From contig OY969763.1 of assembly GCA_963702845.1 (NCBI GenBank), forward strand, positions 4,384,001-4,448,000: a DNA stretch of 64,000 bases. The letters are read 5' to 3'. The stretch comes from an uncultured Verrucomicrobiae bacterium. GTDB taxonomy: Bacteria; Verrucomicrobiota; Verrucomicrobiia; Limisphaerales; Palsa-1400. How positions within the stretch are numbered: position 1 is the first letter of the stretch; the number at the start of each line of letters is the position of its first letter. The position numbers and the translations under genes are program-made. Below are positions 10,017 to 19,375 of this stretch, piece by piece. Below the pieces are notes generated by a model, which did no database searches, was not told the origin of the DNA, and was given only the letters and a program-made list of their open reading frames with translations.

Positions 10017-11225
10017 GTGGCCGGCTCAATTGTTCATTCAACCGATACGCGTGTCCTGATTCTCGCTCCAACGGGGCGTGACGCAGAATTGAGTTGTGCA
10101 TTCCTCGAGGACTCAGGAATCAAGGCGCATCCCTGCCGCGATATGTCGGACCTGGCGAATGAAGCCGAACAAGGGTGTGGAGCGATTGTGCTTGCCGAGG
10201 AAACGTTGGGCACAAGTTCAGTGCTGGCGTTCAAAGACCTCCTCTCCAAGCAACCGTTTTGGTCTGACCTTCCCATCACCATTATTGCAACAGGCGGCAG
10301 CGGCAACCGGGACACGTCGCGAAGGCTCTCAATTTTCGGGTCGGTCGGAAATGTCAGCATTCTGGAGCGTCCGTTTCGACCGGAGACTTTGGTCAACGCG
10401 CTGCAAGTGGCACTGCGTTCGCGGCGACGGCAATACGAAGTGCGTGACCTGGTGAAGGCTCTGGGTGAGAGCGAGGGTCGATATCGCGACTTGGCCACCT
10501 CTCTGGAAGCGCAGGTTAAAGCACGAACAGCGGCGCTTCAGGAAACGAATAGAGAACTGGAAGCGTTCACCTACACGATTGCCCACGACCTGCGCGCGCC
10601 GCTTCGAGCGCAGCAAAGCTTTGCCGGGGCGTTGCTAAATGATTTTGGAGATGTTTTGGGTGAGACCGGGCGGGATTACGCGCAACGGATCGGCGATTCG
10701 GCGGTTCGCCTGAACGACTTGCTCCAGGACCTGCTCGCATATTCTCGCCTCAGCCGTGCGGAGATGGAGGTTGAACTGGTGGAGTTGAGACCGCTCGTTT
10801 TCCAAATTCGTGACGAGATGGATTTCCAAATCAAAGAATCCGGGGCCAAGGTCAACGTGCGCGATTTTTCGTTCACTGTGTGCGGCAATGAGGCGATGCT
10901 CAGGCTTGCGATCACGAACCTGCTTTCAAACGCGATCAAATTTTGCCGCCCGGGTGTTCCCGCCGAAATTGATATTTTTGCGGACGAACGCGACGGCTGG
11001 ATTCGGCTCTATGTTCGGGATAACGGAATTGGGATTGACCCGGAGCACCATCAGCAGGTGTTTGGGATTTTCAGTCGATTGCACAGGGCCGGAGAATATC
11101 CCGGGACCGGAGTAGGACTGGCAATTGTGCAGAAAGCAGTCGAGCGGATGGAGGGTCGGGTCGGCGTCGAATCGCAGAAGGGTGAGGGCTGCCGGTTCTG
11201 GATAGAGCTGCGCAAGAGCTGCTGA
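10017..11225 (+). CDS. Cytoplasmic sensor histidine kinase with degenerate N-terminal receiver-like domain
   Basis: H-box TIAHDLRAPLR, N-box NLLSNAIKF, G boxes DNGIG and GTGVGL. N-terminus RVLILAPTGRDA...LERP. Confidence 0.9.
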   Translation: MAGSIVHSTDTRVLILAPTGRDAELSCAFLEDSGIKAHPCRDMSDLANEAEQGCGAIVLAEETLGTSSVLAFKDLLSKQPFWSDLPITIIATGGSGNRDTSRRLSIFGSVGNVSILERPFRPETLVNALQVALRSRRRQYEVRDLVKALGESEGRYRDLATSLEAQVKARTAALQETNRELEAFTYTIAHDLRAPLRAQQSFAGALLNDFGDVLGETGRDYAQRIGDSAVRLNDLLQDLLAYSRLSRAEMEVELVELRPLVFQIRDEMDFQIKESGAKVNVRDFSFTVCGNEAMLRLAITNLLSNAIKFCRPGVPAEIDIFADERDGWIRLYVRDNGIGIDPEHHQQVFGIFSRLHRAGEYPGTGVGLAIVQKAVERMEGRVGVESQKGEGCRFWIELRKSC

Positions 11226-11630
11226 TCAAGCGGACACGCGCAAATATTGGACGAGTTCCTGAAACGAAGCTGATTTAACGAAATAGGTCGTGGCGCCAAG
11301 GTTGTAGGCGCGTTTCACATCGTTGGGCATATCTGAGGAGCTGAGGATGATAATCGGCAGCGTTTGCAACTCTGGATTGCCGCGCGCCCACTCCAAAACG
11401 TCGAACCCTGTTTTGCGCGGCATCTTCAGATCAAGGATCAAGACATCAGCCATCGGGAATTGATTGCGGTCGTGATATTTTCCTTTTCCTTGAAGCCATT
11501 CGATGGCGGCCTCACCGTCGTCGACCACATACAACTCGTGCGGCAAGGTCGCGCGGTTCAACGCCATTTTGAAGATGACAACGTCGTTGGGGTCGTCTTC
11601 TGCGTATAATATTTTTTTGCCACGGCTCAT
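11226..11630 (-). CDS. Single-domain response regulator (Rcp1-like)
   Basis: AEDD, LDLKMP, LSSS, YFVK receiver motifs. Confidence 0.9.
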   Translation of the reverse strand: MSRGKKILYAEDDPNDVVIFKMALNRATLPHELYVVDDGEAAIEWLQGKGKYHDRNQFPMADVLILDLKMPRKTGFDVLEWARGNPELQTLPIIILSSSDMPNDVKRAYNLGATTYFVKSASFQELVQYLRVSA

Positions 11631-11770
11631 GTTAAGAATGGACGGTGGAAATGATAGCAATCAGTGACGGCGTGTGAAGACCGATTTTTCCCGCAGTCAA
11701 ATATAGGTGAACGCACGAACCGAGGATGACAATGGCGAGCGGCGATGGTATGAATTGAGCCAGTGACTTC

Positions 11771-12184
11771 ATGACAGCGAATGTATTTCGATATTCAAGC
11801 CGGGTAACGTATGCGCAGTGCACCGTGGGCAATCACATTTATTATGCGCGTTATCTCGATATTCTGGAGGCGGCGCGTGGAGAATTTGCGCGGGAGCTTG
11901 GGATGCCGCTGGGGATGTTGCAAGAGCAGGATACGATTTTTCCGGTGATCGGCGTGGAGATTTCTTACAAGTCGGCCGCGCGCTACGATGAAGTGCTGAC
12001 GACGGAGGTCTGGGTGATGGAGTGTGGTGGTGTGCGGGTGAATTTCGGAGCGAGGATTTTGAAGGAGGATGGGACGGTGGTTGTCGAGGCAGTGACAAAA
12101 CACGTTTGCACGACGCGGGATGAGAAACCGAAGAGGTTGCCGAAGGAGATTTTGGAGCGGCTCGAAACGCGAAAGCAGGTTTAA
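11771..12184 (+). CDS. YbgC/FadM-like acyl-CoA thioesterase (hotdog fold)
   Basis: HIYYARYLDILEAAR and YKSAARYDE pattern. Confidence 0.8.
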   Translation: MTANVFRYSSRVTYAQCTVGNHIYYARYLDILEAARGEFARELGMPLGMLQEQDTIFPVIGVEISYKSAARYDEVLTTEVWVMECGGVRVNFGARILKEDGTVVVEAVTKHVCTTRDEKPKRLPKEILERLETRKQV

Positions 12185-12239
12185 CGATATGCCGCCCCTT
12201 GTATGTCTCCTTTTGCCATTTCTTGTAGCTTTAATCAGT

Positions 12240-12427
12240 GAATAGGAAACTGGCACTACGTTCCGGCCTGCAGGCCGGAATGTAGCGGCGCAGGCGTGAT
12301 CGTTCGCCCCTTGGTCTCCCGATTGGGAAGCCCGTCCCGTAGCAGGATCCGCCTGTGCTTTTGCTCCGAACTCGAACCGTTGTTTGAGCGGCAATCCTTG
12401 AACGCTGCCTGCTCGTATATGCAAGAA
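12240..12427 (+). ncRNA. IS110 bridge RNA (predicted; ends approximate)
   Basis: 5' hairpin 12256-12285. Target-binding loop with guides CGCCCCT (12305-12311) and CCCGTAG (12336-12342). Donor-binding loop with guides ACCGTTGTT (12376-12384) and ATGCAAG (12419-12425). Confidence 0.85.
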
Positions 12428-13386
12428 TGAGTCAGAACATTGCCATTATGAACCATATCCCTGCCGTCGTCTATTGTGGCCTGGACGTTTCCAAAGCCTC
12501 TCTCCAACTGGACTTCAACCACCGGATTCACGAGGATCCAAACACCGCGCCCGGCCACAAAACATTAGTTAAGCGGCTGGCTTCAGCGCCTGGCATTCAT
12601 GTTATCTGTGAAGCCACGGGTGGCTACGAACGCGCCATCGTCGCTGCACTGCAAGAGGCAAACATTCCAGTCTCTGTCCTCAATCCTGCACGCGTCCGCC
12701 ACTTCGCACGGGCACAAGGCAGGTTGGCCAAAACGGATCCCATTGATACCACTGTTCTGACCGCTTACGGAACAGCCTTCAAACCCGCCTCCACCCCTGC
12801 GGCCAGCGCCTCTCAAAAACGATTGGCAGAATTGAGCGCCCGTCGTGCTCAACTCATCGATTTGATCGTCATCGAGAAGAATCGAGCTCCGATGCATTTG
12901 CTTCCCGAAGTTGGAAAATTGGCCCGACAACTACTGCGTCAATTGGAGGCTCAAATCAAACACATCGATAAACTGCTGGCGCATCTTCTCAAAGAAGACG
13001 GCGTTCTAGCGGACCGTGCTCAACGTTTGGATGCTATCGCGGGAGTCGGCCTCCATACTGCGGTTATGGTGCTGGCTGAAATGCCAGAACTAGGCACCCT
13101 CAACCGCCGCCAGGCAGCGGCATTGGCTGGGCTGGCTCCAATCAATCGTGATAGCGGTACCTGGAATGGTCCCCGTTCGATTGGCGGCGGTCGCGCCAGT
13201 ACCCGCAGAACTCTTTACATGGCCGCATTAACTGCCAGTCAATATAACAGACACCTAAAGCTCTTTTATCAACGGCTCAAAGACGCCGGCAAACCATCGA
13301 AAGTGGCCCTAACGGCTGTCATGAGAAAGTTGATCATCCTGATGAACCAAATCTTAAAAAACCCAAACTTCATCCTTGCCAGTTAA
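12427..13386 (+). CDS. IS110-family DEDD recombinase/transposase
   Basis: GLDVSK, CEATGGYE and KTDPID (DEDD RuvC-like) motifs, plus C-terminal GLAPINRDSG carrying the conserved Ser. Start may be 12448. Confidence 0.96.
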   Translation: MSQNIAIMNHIPAVVYCGLDVSKASLQLDFNHRIHEDPNTAPGHKTLVKRLASAPGIHVICEATGGYERAIVAALQEANIPVSVLNPARVRHFARAQGRLAKTDPIDTTVLTAYGTAFKPASTPAASASQKRLAELSARRAQLIDLIVIEKNRAPMHLLPEVGKLARQLLRQLEAQIKHIDKLLAHLLKEDGVLADRAQRLDAIAGVGLHTAVMVLAEMPELGTLNRRQAAALAGLAPINRDSGTWNGPRSIGGGRASTRRTLYMAALTASQYNRHLKLFYQRLKDAGKPSKVALTAVMRKLIILMNQILKNPNFILAS

Positions 13387-13396
13387 CACCGTTGCT

Positions 13397-13438
13397 ACGG
13401 GGTCTGCGATGCTACAAAGATGTCGCGCCTACGGCGCT
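13397..13438. repeat. REP-like palindromic repeat pair (right part; left part at 12186-12199)
   Basis: GATGTCGCGCCTACGGCGC intact unit next to the interrupted unit TATGCCGCCCCT|ACGGGGT, between convergent genes. Confidence 0.75.
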
Positions 13439-13440
13439 GT

Positions 13441-14394
13441 CTAACCGAGAGCGGCGAATTGTTCGCGGCCTTCCATCAGATAGTCCAAATAATAGGACAG
13501 GCGCATTTTCATGTCGCCGCGTGGCACGATGGCGTCGATGACGCCGTGTTCCAAAAGAAATTCCGCGGTTTGGAAACCGGGCGGCAGTTCCGCCTGAGTG
13601 GTGTCTTTGATGACACGCGGACCGGCGAAGCCGATCATCGCGCCGGGTTCGGCGATGATTAAATCACCAACGCTGGCATAACTTGCCATAACGCCGGCAT
13701 AGGTTGGATCGGTCAACACACTGATGTAGGGCAACCGGGCCTTCGCGTGATATGCGAGTGCGCCGCAGGTTTTCGCCATTTGCATCAGACTGAACATGCC
13801 TTCATACATGCGTGCGCCGCCGCTGGTGGAAAAAATAATTACGGGCAAACCTTTATCGGTGGCCGCTTCTATCATGCGCGTCAATTTTTCGCCGACGACT
13901 GAGCCCATCGAACCGCCGAGAAATCCAAAATCCATCACGCCAAGGCCGATACGGTGTTTGCCGATGCGACCAATGCCAGTGCAGACGGCGTCCTTGAGGC
14001 TGGTGCTCTTTTTGTAGGCCTCAAGCTTAGCAGTGTAGGGCGCGACGCCGGTGAACTTGAGCATGTCCACGGCTTCCATTTCGGCGTCCATTTCTTCGAA
14101 TGAACATGTTTCGACGAGGGCGTGGATGCGTTCGCGCGCGGCGATTGTGAAATGGTAATTGCACTTGGGACAGACCTTAAGGTGCTCGTCGAGCTCCTTG
14201 TCGTAAATCATGCTGGCGCACTTTTTGCACTTCGTCCACAGGCCTTCGGGAATGTCCCGCTTTTTGGCCTTGGAAGTGGTCAGCTTCGGTTTTTTGACGA
14301 ACTGAGTCGCAGCGGCATCTGTATGCGGCGTGAGTGCTGGGTCGACCGTCTCGAGTCCGAGGGTCTTCTTGTTAGTAAACGAAGATGTGGCCAT
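13441..14394 (-). CDS. accD: Acetyl-CoA carboxylase carboxyltransferase beta subunit
   Basis: WTKCKKC...VCPKC zinc finger, GGSMGSVVGEK, SGGARMYEG, FAGPRVI. Confidence 0.96.
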   Translation of the reverse strand: MATSSFTNKKTLGLETVDPALTPHTDAAATQFVKKPKLTTSKAKKRDIPEGLWTKCKKCASMIYDKELDEHLKVCPKCNYHFTIAARERIHALVETCSFEEMDAEMEAVDMLKFTGVAPYTAKLEAYKKSTSLKDAVCTGIGRIGKHRIGLGVMDFGFLGGSMGSVVGEKLTRMIEAATDKGLPVIIFSTSGGARMYEGMFSLMQMAKTCGALAYHAKARLPYISVLTDPTYAGVMASYASVGDLIIAEPGAMIGFAGPRVIKDTTQAELPPGFQTAEFLLEHGVIDAIVPRGDMKMRLSYYLDYLMEGREQFAALG

Positions 14395-14541
14395 GTATGA
14401 TTTTAGACCTGCTGCGACTGCTACTGCAAAGTTAGGCGTTGGTAGCATAATGCATTACGGCGCAAACTCCACCTCTGCGTTTTAAACTTTTTGCAGAAGG
14501 CGTCAATAGCGGAAATTTGACGGCAGTTAAGCGCCACACGT

Positions 14542-15312
14542 TTAGAAGTGCAGATGTTTCACGGTCAGCCCTTTATTTTTCAGCTGGCGCAAGGAGTCGA
14601 TGCCGATGCGCAGGTGGTTTTCGGCATATTCAGTGGTGACTTTTTGGTCGCTGGTTGTTGTTTTGACGCCTTCGGGGACCATGGGTTGGTCGGACACAAG
14701 GAGGAGTGCGCCCGTTGGGATTTCGTTGGCGAAGCCGGTGATGAAAATCGTCGCGGTCTCCATGTCGATGCCCATGCAACGGACACGGCGCAAATAACGT
14801 TTCAAAGCGATGTCATGTTCCCAGACGCGGCGGTTTGTGGTGTAAATTGTGCCCGTCCAATAATCGCGGCCGTAGTTGCGGATGGTGGTCGAAACAGCTT
14901 TTTGCAGGCTGAACGCGGGCAATGCGGGAACTTCGGGTGGAAAGTAGTCGTTGGAAGTTCCTTCGCCTCGAATGGCCGCGATGGGAAGGATAAGGTCGCC
15001 GAGTTTATTTTTTTGTTTGAGTCCACCGCATTTGCCAAGGAAGAGGACGGCTTTGGGTTCGACCGCGCTGACGAGGTCCATGACGGTGGCGGCGCTGGCA
15101 CTGCCCATGCCGAAGTTGATAATGGTGATGCCGCCGGCAGTAGCGTTGGGCATCGGACGATCCATGCCGCGCACTTCGGTTTTGAAGCGCTTGGCGAACA
15201 TGTGGACGTAATTGCTGAAGTTAACGAGGAGAATGTATTTGCCGAACTGGTCGACGGCCGTGCCGGTGTAGCGCGGGAGCCAGTTGTTTACGATTTCCGC
15301 TTTGGTTCTCAT
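14542..15312 (-). CDS. amn: AMP nucleosidase (short Bacteroidetes/Chlamydia type)
   Basis: NWLPRYTG, NFGMGS, FLGKCGGL, IRGEGTS, TTNRRVWEH, DMETAT. Confidence 0.88.
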   Translation of the reverse strand: MRTKAEIVNNWLPRYTGTAVDQFGKYILLVNFSNYVHMFAKRFKTEVRGMDRPMPNATAGGITIINFGMGSASAATVMDLVSAVEPKAVLFLGKCGGLKQKNKLGDLILPIAAIRGEGTSNDYFPPEVPALPAFSLQKAVSTTIRNYGRDYWTGTIYTTNRRVWEHDIALKRYLRRVRCMGIDMETATIFITGFANEIPTGALLLVSDQPMVPEGVKTTTSDQKVTTEYAENHLRIGIDSLRQLKNKGLTVKHLHF

Positions 15313-15359
15313 ACTTTTCCGGAGAGTAACTCCCGGGACCGCTGATTAACAACGGCGTT

Positions 15360-16175
15360 TTAGACCGTGGTCAGCGCGATACGATGCTTCTTGCAGAGGG
15401 CTTCGACTTCTTCGCGGTCAAGCAAGAGAGTCATCCCGGGCTCGAAGGCCAGAACAGCAATGCCAGCTTCGGCGCAGACTTGAATCGTGCGCGCGCCAAG
15501 GCACGGGACGTCGAAACGAGTGTCGTGTCGGTCGCGAGCGACTTTGACAGCGACGGCACAGCGATCGTTACCGGAAAGTTCGCCGCCACGACGAAGGCAG
15601 TTGTCGGTTCCTTCAAAACCTTCGACGGCCAGGACTGCGCCGTCTTTGACAACGACGCTTTGGCCAATTTCCAGACGGCAGATTTCTTTGGCCATTTTGA
15701 GACCGAACGCCACGTCGGCGCGCTGTTCGTCGGAAAGTTTTGGACCGAAATGAAAGCCTTTGCCGGGCATGATCGGCCTGAGCCATGGAAGAGCTTCAAC
15801 GACTTCGATGCCGTCTTTGCGCAATTCGTCGATAAGCGCGCCGAAAACGGTGTGCGCGTTTTTTTCTTTGATCTTCAGCAGCGCGGCCAAGGCGCGGAGG
15901 TCCGGACGGATGTCGAACAAGTTGCGCGGCGCGATCTGACCCAGCATAACGCAGCGGTTGATCTCTCGATCTTTAAAGGCGTCGATCATTTTCGAGAGTT
16001 GGCCGACTTTGAGCCAAACGATGTCGTCGACGAGTTTGGCGAGTTGGGGGTCGGTTTCGTTTTCGAAAGCAAGCGCGACAATGCGTTTGGCGCCCATCGC
16101 ACGCGCCTGGCGCGCAAAGAGAAGAGGCAAACTGCGGTTCCCTGCAATAATCCCAATACTGTCTACAGCGGTCAC
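15360..16175 (-). CDS. lpxI: UDP-2,3-diacylglucosamine diphosphatase LpxI
   Basis: GIIAGN, IGQSVVV, AVEGFEGTD, DTRFDVPCLG. Start set at GTG 16175. Confidence 0.88.
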   Translation of the reverse strand: MTAVDSIGIIAGNRSLPLLFARQARAMGAKRIVALAFENETDPQLAKLVDDIVWLKVGQLSKMIDAFKDREINRCVMLGQIAPRNLFDIRPDLRALAALLKIKEKNAHTVFGALIDELRKDGIEVVEALPWLRPIMPGKGFHFGPKLSDEQRADVAFGLKMAKEICRLEIGQSVVVKDGAVLAVEGFEGTDNCLRRGGELSGNDRCAVAVKVARDRHDTRFDVPCLGARTIQVCAEAGIAVLAFEPGMTLLLDREEVEALCKKHRIALTTV

Positions 16176-16343
16176 TGTATAATACGCTATCGCGCAAAAC
16201 GGTGTCCGGCAACGGGAAACAATCGGTTTAGTGGCGCGGGCCAGGCGCGGCGCGACACGCCCTACCCAGTGGTCGTCCGTTTGCATATTGACGGCGGGCG
16301 CGTTGAACTTAGTATTTCGCCAGTCAATTACAGTCGAGTCCAC

Positions 16344-17822
16344 GTGTTCAAAATCTCAACAGCTCTGCTTTTCGCCAGCGTTGTCGTCGCCAGTGCCGCT
16401 GCGGGCGAGCGCGAAGTCATCAACGGTCCGGCGTATTCGCATTTTCACCTGACGCTGGAGGATGGCTGGCGCACGGAAGTGGTCGCCCCGTTTTTTTATA
16501 CGCAGAAGGTTGAAACTGAGCACTTGTGGGGCATTCCGCCGTTGTTTGCCCAGTGGAGGGATGATGCGGTAGAGGCTTCGGAAACGGATTATTTGTATCC
16601 GATGCTGACGATTCGTTGGTTTGGGAAGAATTATCGTTGGCAGTTTTTCCAATTATTCAGCTTTGCGGGCGGGCCGACCCAGGAAGATGTGCCGAAGAGA
16701 CGGTTCACGTTGTTCCCGATTTATTTCCAGCAACGGTCGCCGGATACGAACCTGAATTATACCGCCTTCGTGCCTTTTTATGGGCATTTGGTGAACCGGT
16801 TGTTTCGCGATGACATTCGGTTTGTCATGTTCCCATTCTATTCCAAAACGCGGAAGAGGGACATCGTGGTGGAAAATTATCTCTATCCATTCGGTGATGT
16901 GCGCCACGGCAATAACATGCACGGATGGCAGGTCTGGCCGTTCTATGGACACGATGTTAAAGGGCTAACTTATCAAACGAATGCACTTGATGAAGTGGAG
17001 AAAATCGGCGGCTACGATCACAAAGTTATTATGTGGCCGTTTTATTTTCGGGATGAGATGGGAATTGGGACAGATGATCCTGAGCATCGGGTCACGTTTT
17101 TTCCGTTTTACAGTAAGCTGCGCTCGCCGAAGCGCGATTCGACGTCGTGGGGTTGGCCGTTTGGTCACACGCTGACCGATGACCGGGCGGCAGGTTTTCA
17201 GGAAAGTGATTGGTTTTGGCCGCTCTATGTTCGCGCCGATGGCAGCAAAAGAATTCGTCGCGTTTGGCCCATTTACAGTCATGCCTCGAACACGAATGGG
17301 GTGGAAAGCCATTGGTATGGCTTCATCGTTTGGAAAAAAACCCGTATAAAATCTGAACCGCTCGATCGTCAGCGCATGCGTGTGCTCTATTTCCTCTATT
17401 CCGATATCACCGAGAAAAACACAAAAACGGCAGAGGAATATCATCGCGTCGATTTCTGGCCGTTCTACACCTATCGCAGAGACATGGAGGGACGCAGCTA
17501 TTTGCAAGTACTATCGATCATTGAACCGCTGTTGCCGAATAACACGAGCGTGGTGCGCGAGTATTCCCCTGTATACTCGTTGTGGCGCGCGGAGGAAAAT
17601 CCGAAGACGGGCATGAAGACGAAGTCGCTGCTGTGGAACCTATATCGGCGTGAAGTTCAGACAAAGCCGAGTTTGGAAAGTGATTCGAAGCAATTGGTTG
17701 TTTCGAGCAAGGTCTCGTTCTTTTTTGGACTGTTTCAATATCGATCGAACCTGGAGGGCCATAGCACGCGGCTGTTTTACATTCCTATGAGCAAAGAACA
17801 CAAAAACGAAGGTCGAAGATGA
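16344..17822 (+). CDS. Exported aromatic-rich repeat protein heading the MCE/Mla operon (putative outer-membrane component)
   Basis: Signal peptide (FKISTALLFASVVVASAAA) followed by many (W/F)P(F/L/I)(Y/F) repeats. The ORF portion upstream of 16344 is antisense to lpxI and is excluded. Confidence 0.75.
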   Translation: MFKISTALLFASVVVASAAAGEREVINGPAYSHFHLTLEDGWRTEVVAPFFYTQKVETEHLWGIPPLFAQWRDDAVEASETDYLYPMLTIRWFGKNYRWQFFQLFSFAGGPTQEDVPKRRFTLFPIYFQQRSPDTNLNYTAFVPFYGHLVNRLFRDDIRFVMFPFYSKTRKRDIVVENYLYPFGDVRHGNNMHGWQVWPFYGHDVKGLTYQTNALDEVEKIGGYDHKVIMWPFYFRDEMGIGTDDPEHRVTFFPFYSKLRSPKRDSTSWGWPFGHTLTDDRAAGFQESDWFWPLYVRADGSKRIRRVWPIYSHASNTNGVESHWYGFIVWKKTRIKSEPLDRQRMRVLYFLYSDITEKNTKTAEEYHRVDFWPFYTYRRDMEGRSYLQVLSIIEPLLPNNTSVVREYSPVYSLWRAEENPKTGMKTKSLLWNLYRREVQTKPSLESDSKQLVVSSKVSFFFGLFQYRSNLEGHSTRLFYIPMSKEHKNEGRR

Positions 17823-17863
17823 CATTCGAGCTGGTATCTCCTAAGTTTTAGCTTCGAGATTGT

Positions 17864-18607
17864 ATGTTTTACAACATCGGACAAATCATATTGCTTTTCT
17901 GGCGCACGATCCAGGCGCTCCCCAACGCCTGGCTTGAGCGTAAGAAGGTGTATGACCAGCTTTTCGAAATCGGCAATGCGAGCTTGCTGATGGTTTGCAT
18001 TTTGTCCTTGTTCATCGGCGGCGAACTGGCGTTGGAAACCGGGCCTACGTTGGTCGAGCGCGGATTGTCCGGGGTGCTTGGGCGCATGGTCGGTTTGTCC
18101 ATGTGTAAAGAGTTTGGACCGGTGATGATGGCGATTTTGATCGCCGGCCGAATTGGGTCGGCCATGGCGGCGGAAATCGGGTCGATGCGCGTCTACCAGG
18201 AAATCGACGCGTTGCGCACTATGAATATCAGTCCGGTTAACTATCTGGTGATGCCGCGTTTGATTGCGATGGTGATCGCGTTACCGGCACTGGTGATTTT
18301 TTCAATCCCGGTCGGCTGGCTTGGTGGCGCGTTGGTCTCGACGTTCAACTCCAGCATCTCCGTTCCTGTGGAATCGTTCTTCCACGATTTGCGCGAAGGC
18401 ATCGGAGTGTCGGATGTCGTGCACGGATTGGTGAAAGCATTCGTGTTCGCGATTGCGATTGGTCTGATTTCCTGCCATCAGGGATTGGTGACTATCGGCG
18501 GACCGCGAGGGATTGGACGTAGCGTGACCAAAGCGGTCGTAAACTCGATTGTCGTGATACTTATTCTCGACTATTTCGTGACACGATTCCTGATTTATTT
18601 TCAATAG
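17864..18607 (+). CDS. mlaE: MlaE-family ABC permease
   Basis: EFGPVMMAILIAGRIGSAMAAEIGSMRVYQEIDAL, GIGRSVTKAVV. Confidence 0.93.
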   Translation: MFYNIGQIILLFWRTIQALPNAWLERKKVYDQLFEIGNASLLMVCILSLFIGGELALETGPTLVERGLSGVLGRMVGLSMCKEFGPVMMAILIAGRIGSAMAAEIGSMRVYQEIDALRTMNISPVNYLVMPRLIAMVIALPALVIFSIPVGWLGGALVSTFNSSISVPVESFFHDLREGIGVSDVVHGLVKAFVFAIAIGLISCHQGLVTIGGPRGIGRSVTKAVVNSIVVILILDYFVTRFLIYFQ

Positions 18608-19362
18608 ATGAGCGTGCTTCAACAGAGCGAAGGAAATGTGAGCGTGGCCGTGCGCGATTTGCGCAAGAGCTTCAATGGGCAGGAAGTGCTCAAAGGGATT
18701 TCGTTCGAAGTGAAGCCCGGTGAAACATTCGTCATCATGGGCCCGAGCGGTAGTGGAAAGAGCGTGCTGCTCAAACATATTATCGGCCTGGAAGACCCAA
18801 ATTCGGGCGAGATTTTGATTGCGGGCCAGTCGGTGCATGGGTCCGAGGTTTTGAACCATTACCGGGTCGCGATGGTTTTCCAATCGGGCGCTTTGCTCAA
18901 ATCATTGACTGTCGGCGAAAACGTCGGCCTTTATCTGGCGGAACATCGGCTGAAGGAACCAGATGAAATTGCGCGGATTGTCGCGGAGAAACTCGAGGCC
19001 GTTGGATTGAAAGGGCTGGAAGATCGTTCGCCGAGTGAGCTCTCTGGCGGCATGCAAAAGCGCGTCGCAATTGCGCGCGCCTTGGTCGTCGATCCGCAAC
19101 TGGTGCTCTTTGACGAACCGACTTCTGAACTGGATCCCTTAATGTCCGTGAACGTTGGCGAACAAATCATGTTGATGCGTGAGCGTTTGCATCCGACGAT
19201 TCTGGTCGTGACGCACGACCGTGATTCGCCTTTGGCGTCGCCGACCGAATTGCGATGATTGACGAAGGGAAGATCCGATTTATCGGCACGCCAGACGAGG
19301 TGAAACACTCGCGCGATCCGATGTTGCAAAAATTTATTCACGCTGAATTGACCAATACTTAA
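18608..19362 (+). CDS. mlaF: MlaF-family ABC ATPase with a 1-nt frameshift near 19226
   Basis: GPSGSGKS, LSGGMQKR, FDEPT, VTHD. The canonical C-terminus AFGVADRIAMIDEGKIRFIGTPDEV continues in another frame to TAA at 19362. Confidence 0.88.
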
Positions 19363-19375
19363 CCAAAGCAGAACC

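Larger units (their letters stand above)
12200..13396 (+). mobile_element. IS110-family insertion sequence, complete
   Basis: Bounded by CT cores at 12198-12199 and 13395-13396. Removing the element restores the palindrome GCCCCTACGGGGT. No terminal inverted repeats. Long left non-coding end, very short right end. Confidence 0.9.

Noticed and set aside
15384..16343. N-terminal 320 aa of the 812-aa plus-strand ORF
   Set aside because: It is the antisense shadow of lpxI. A signal peptide begins at GTG 16344.
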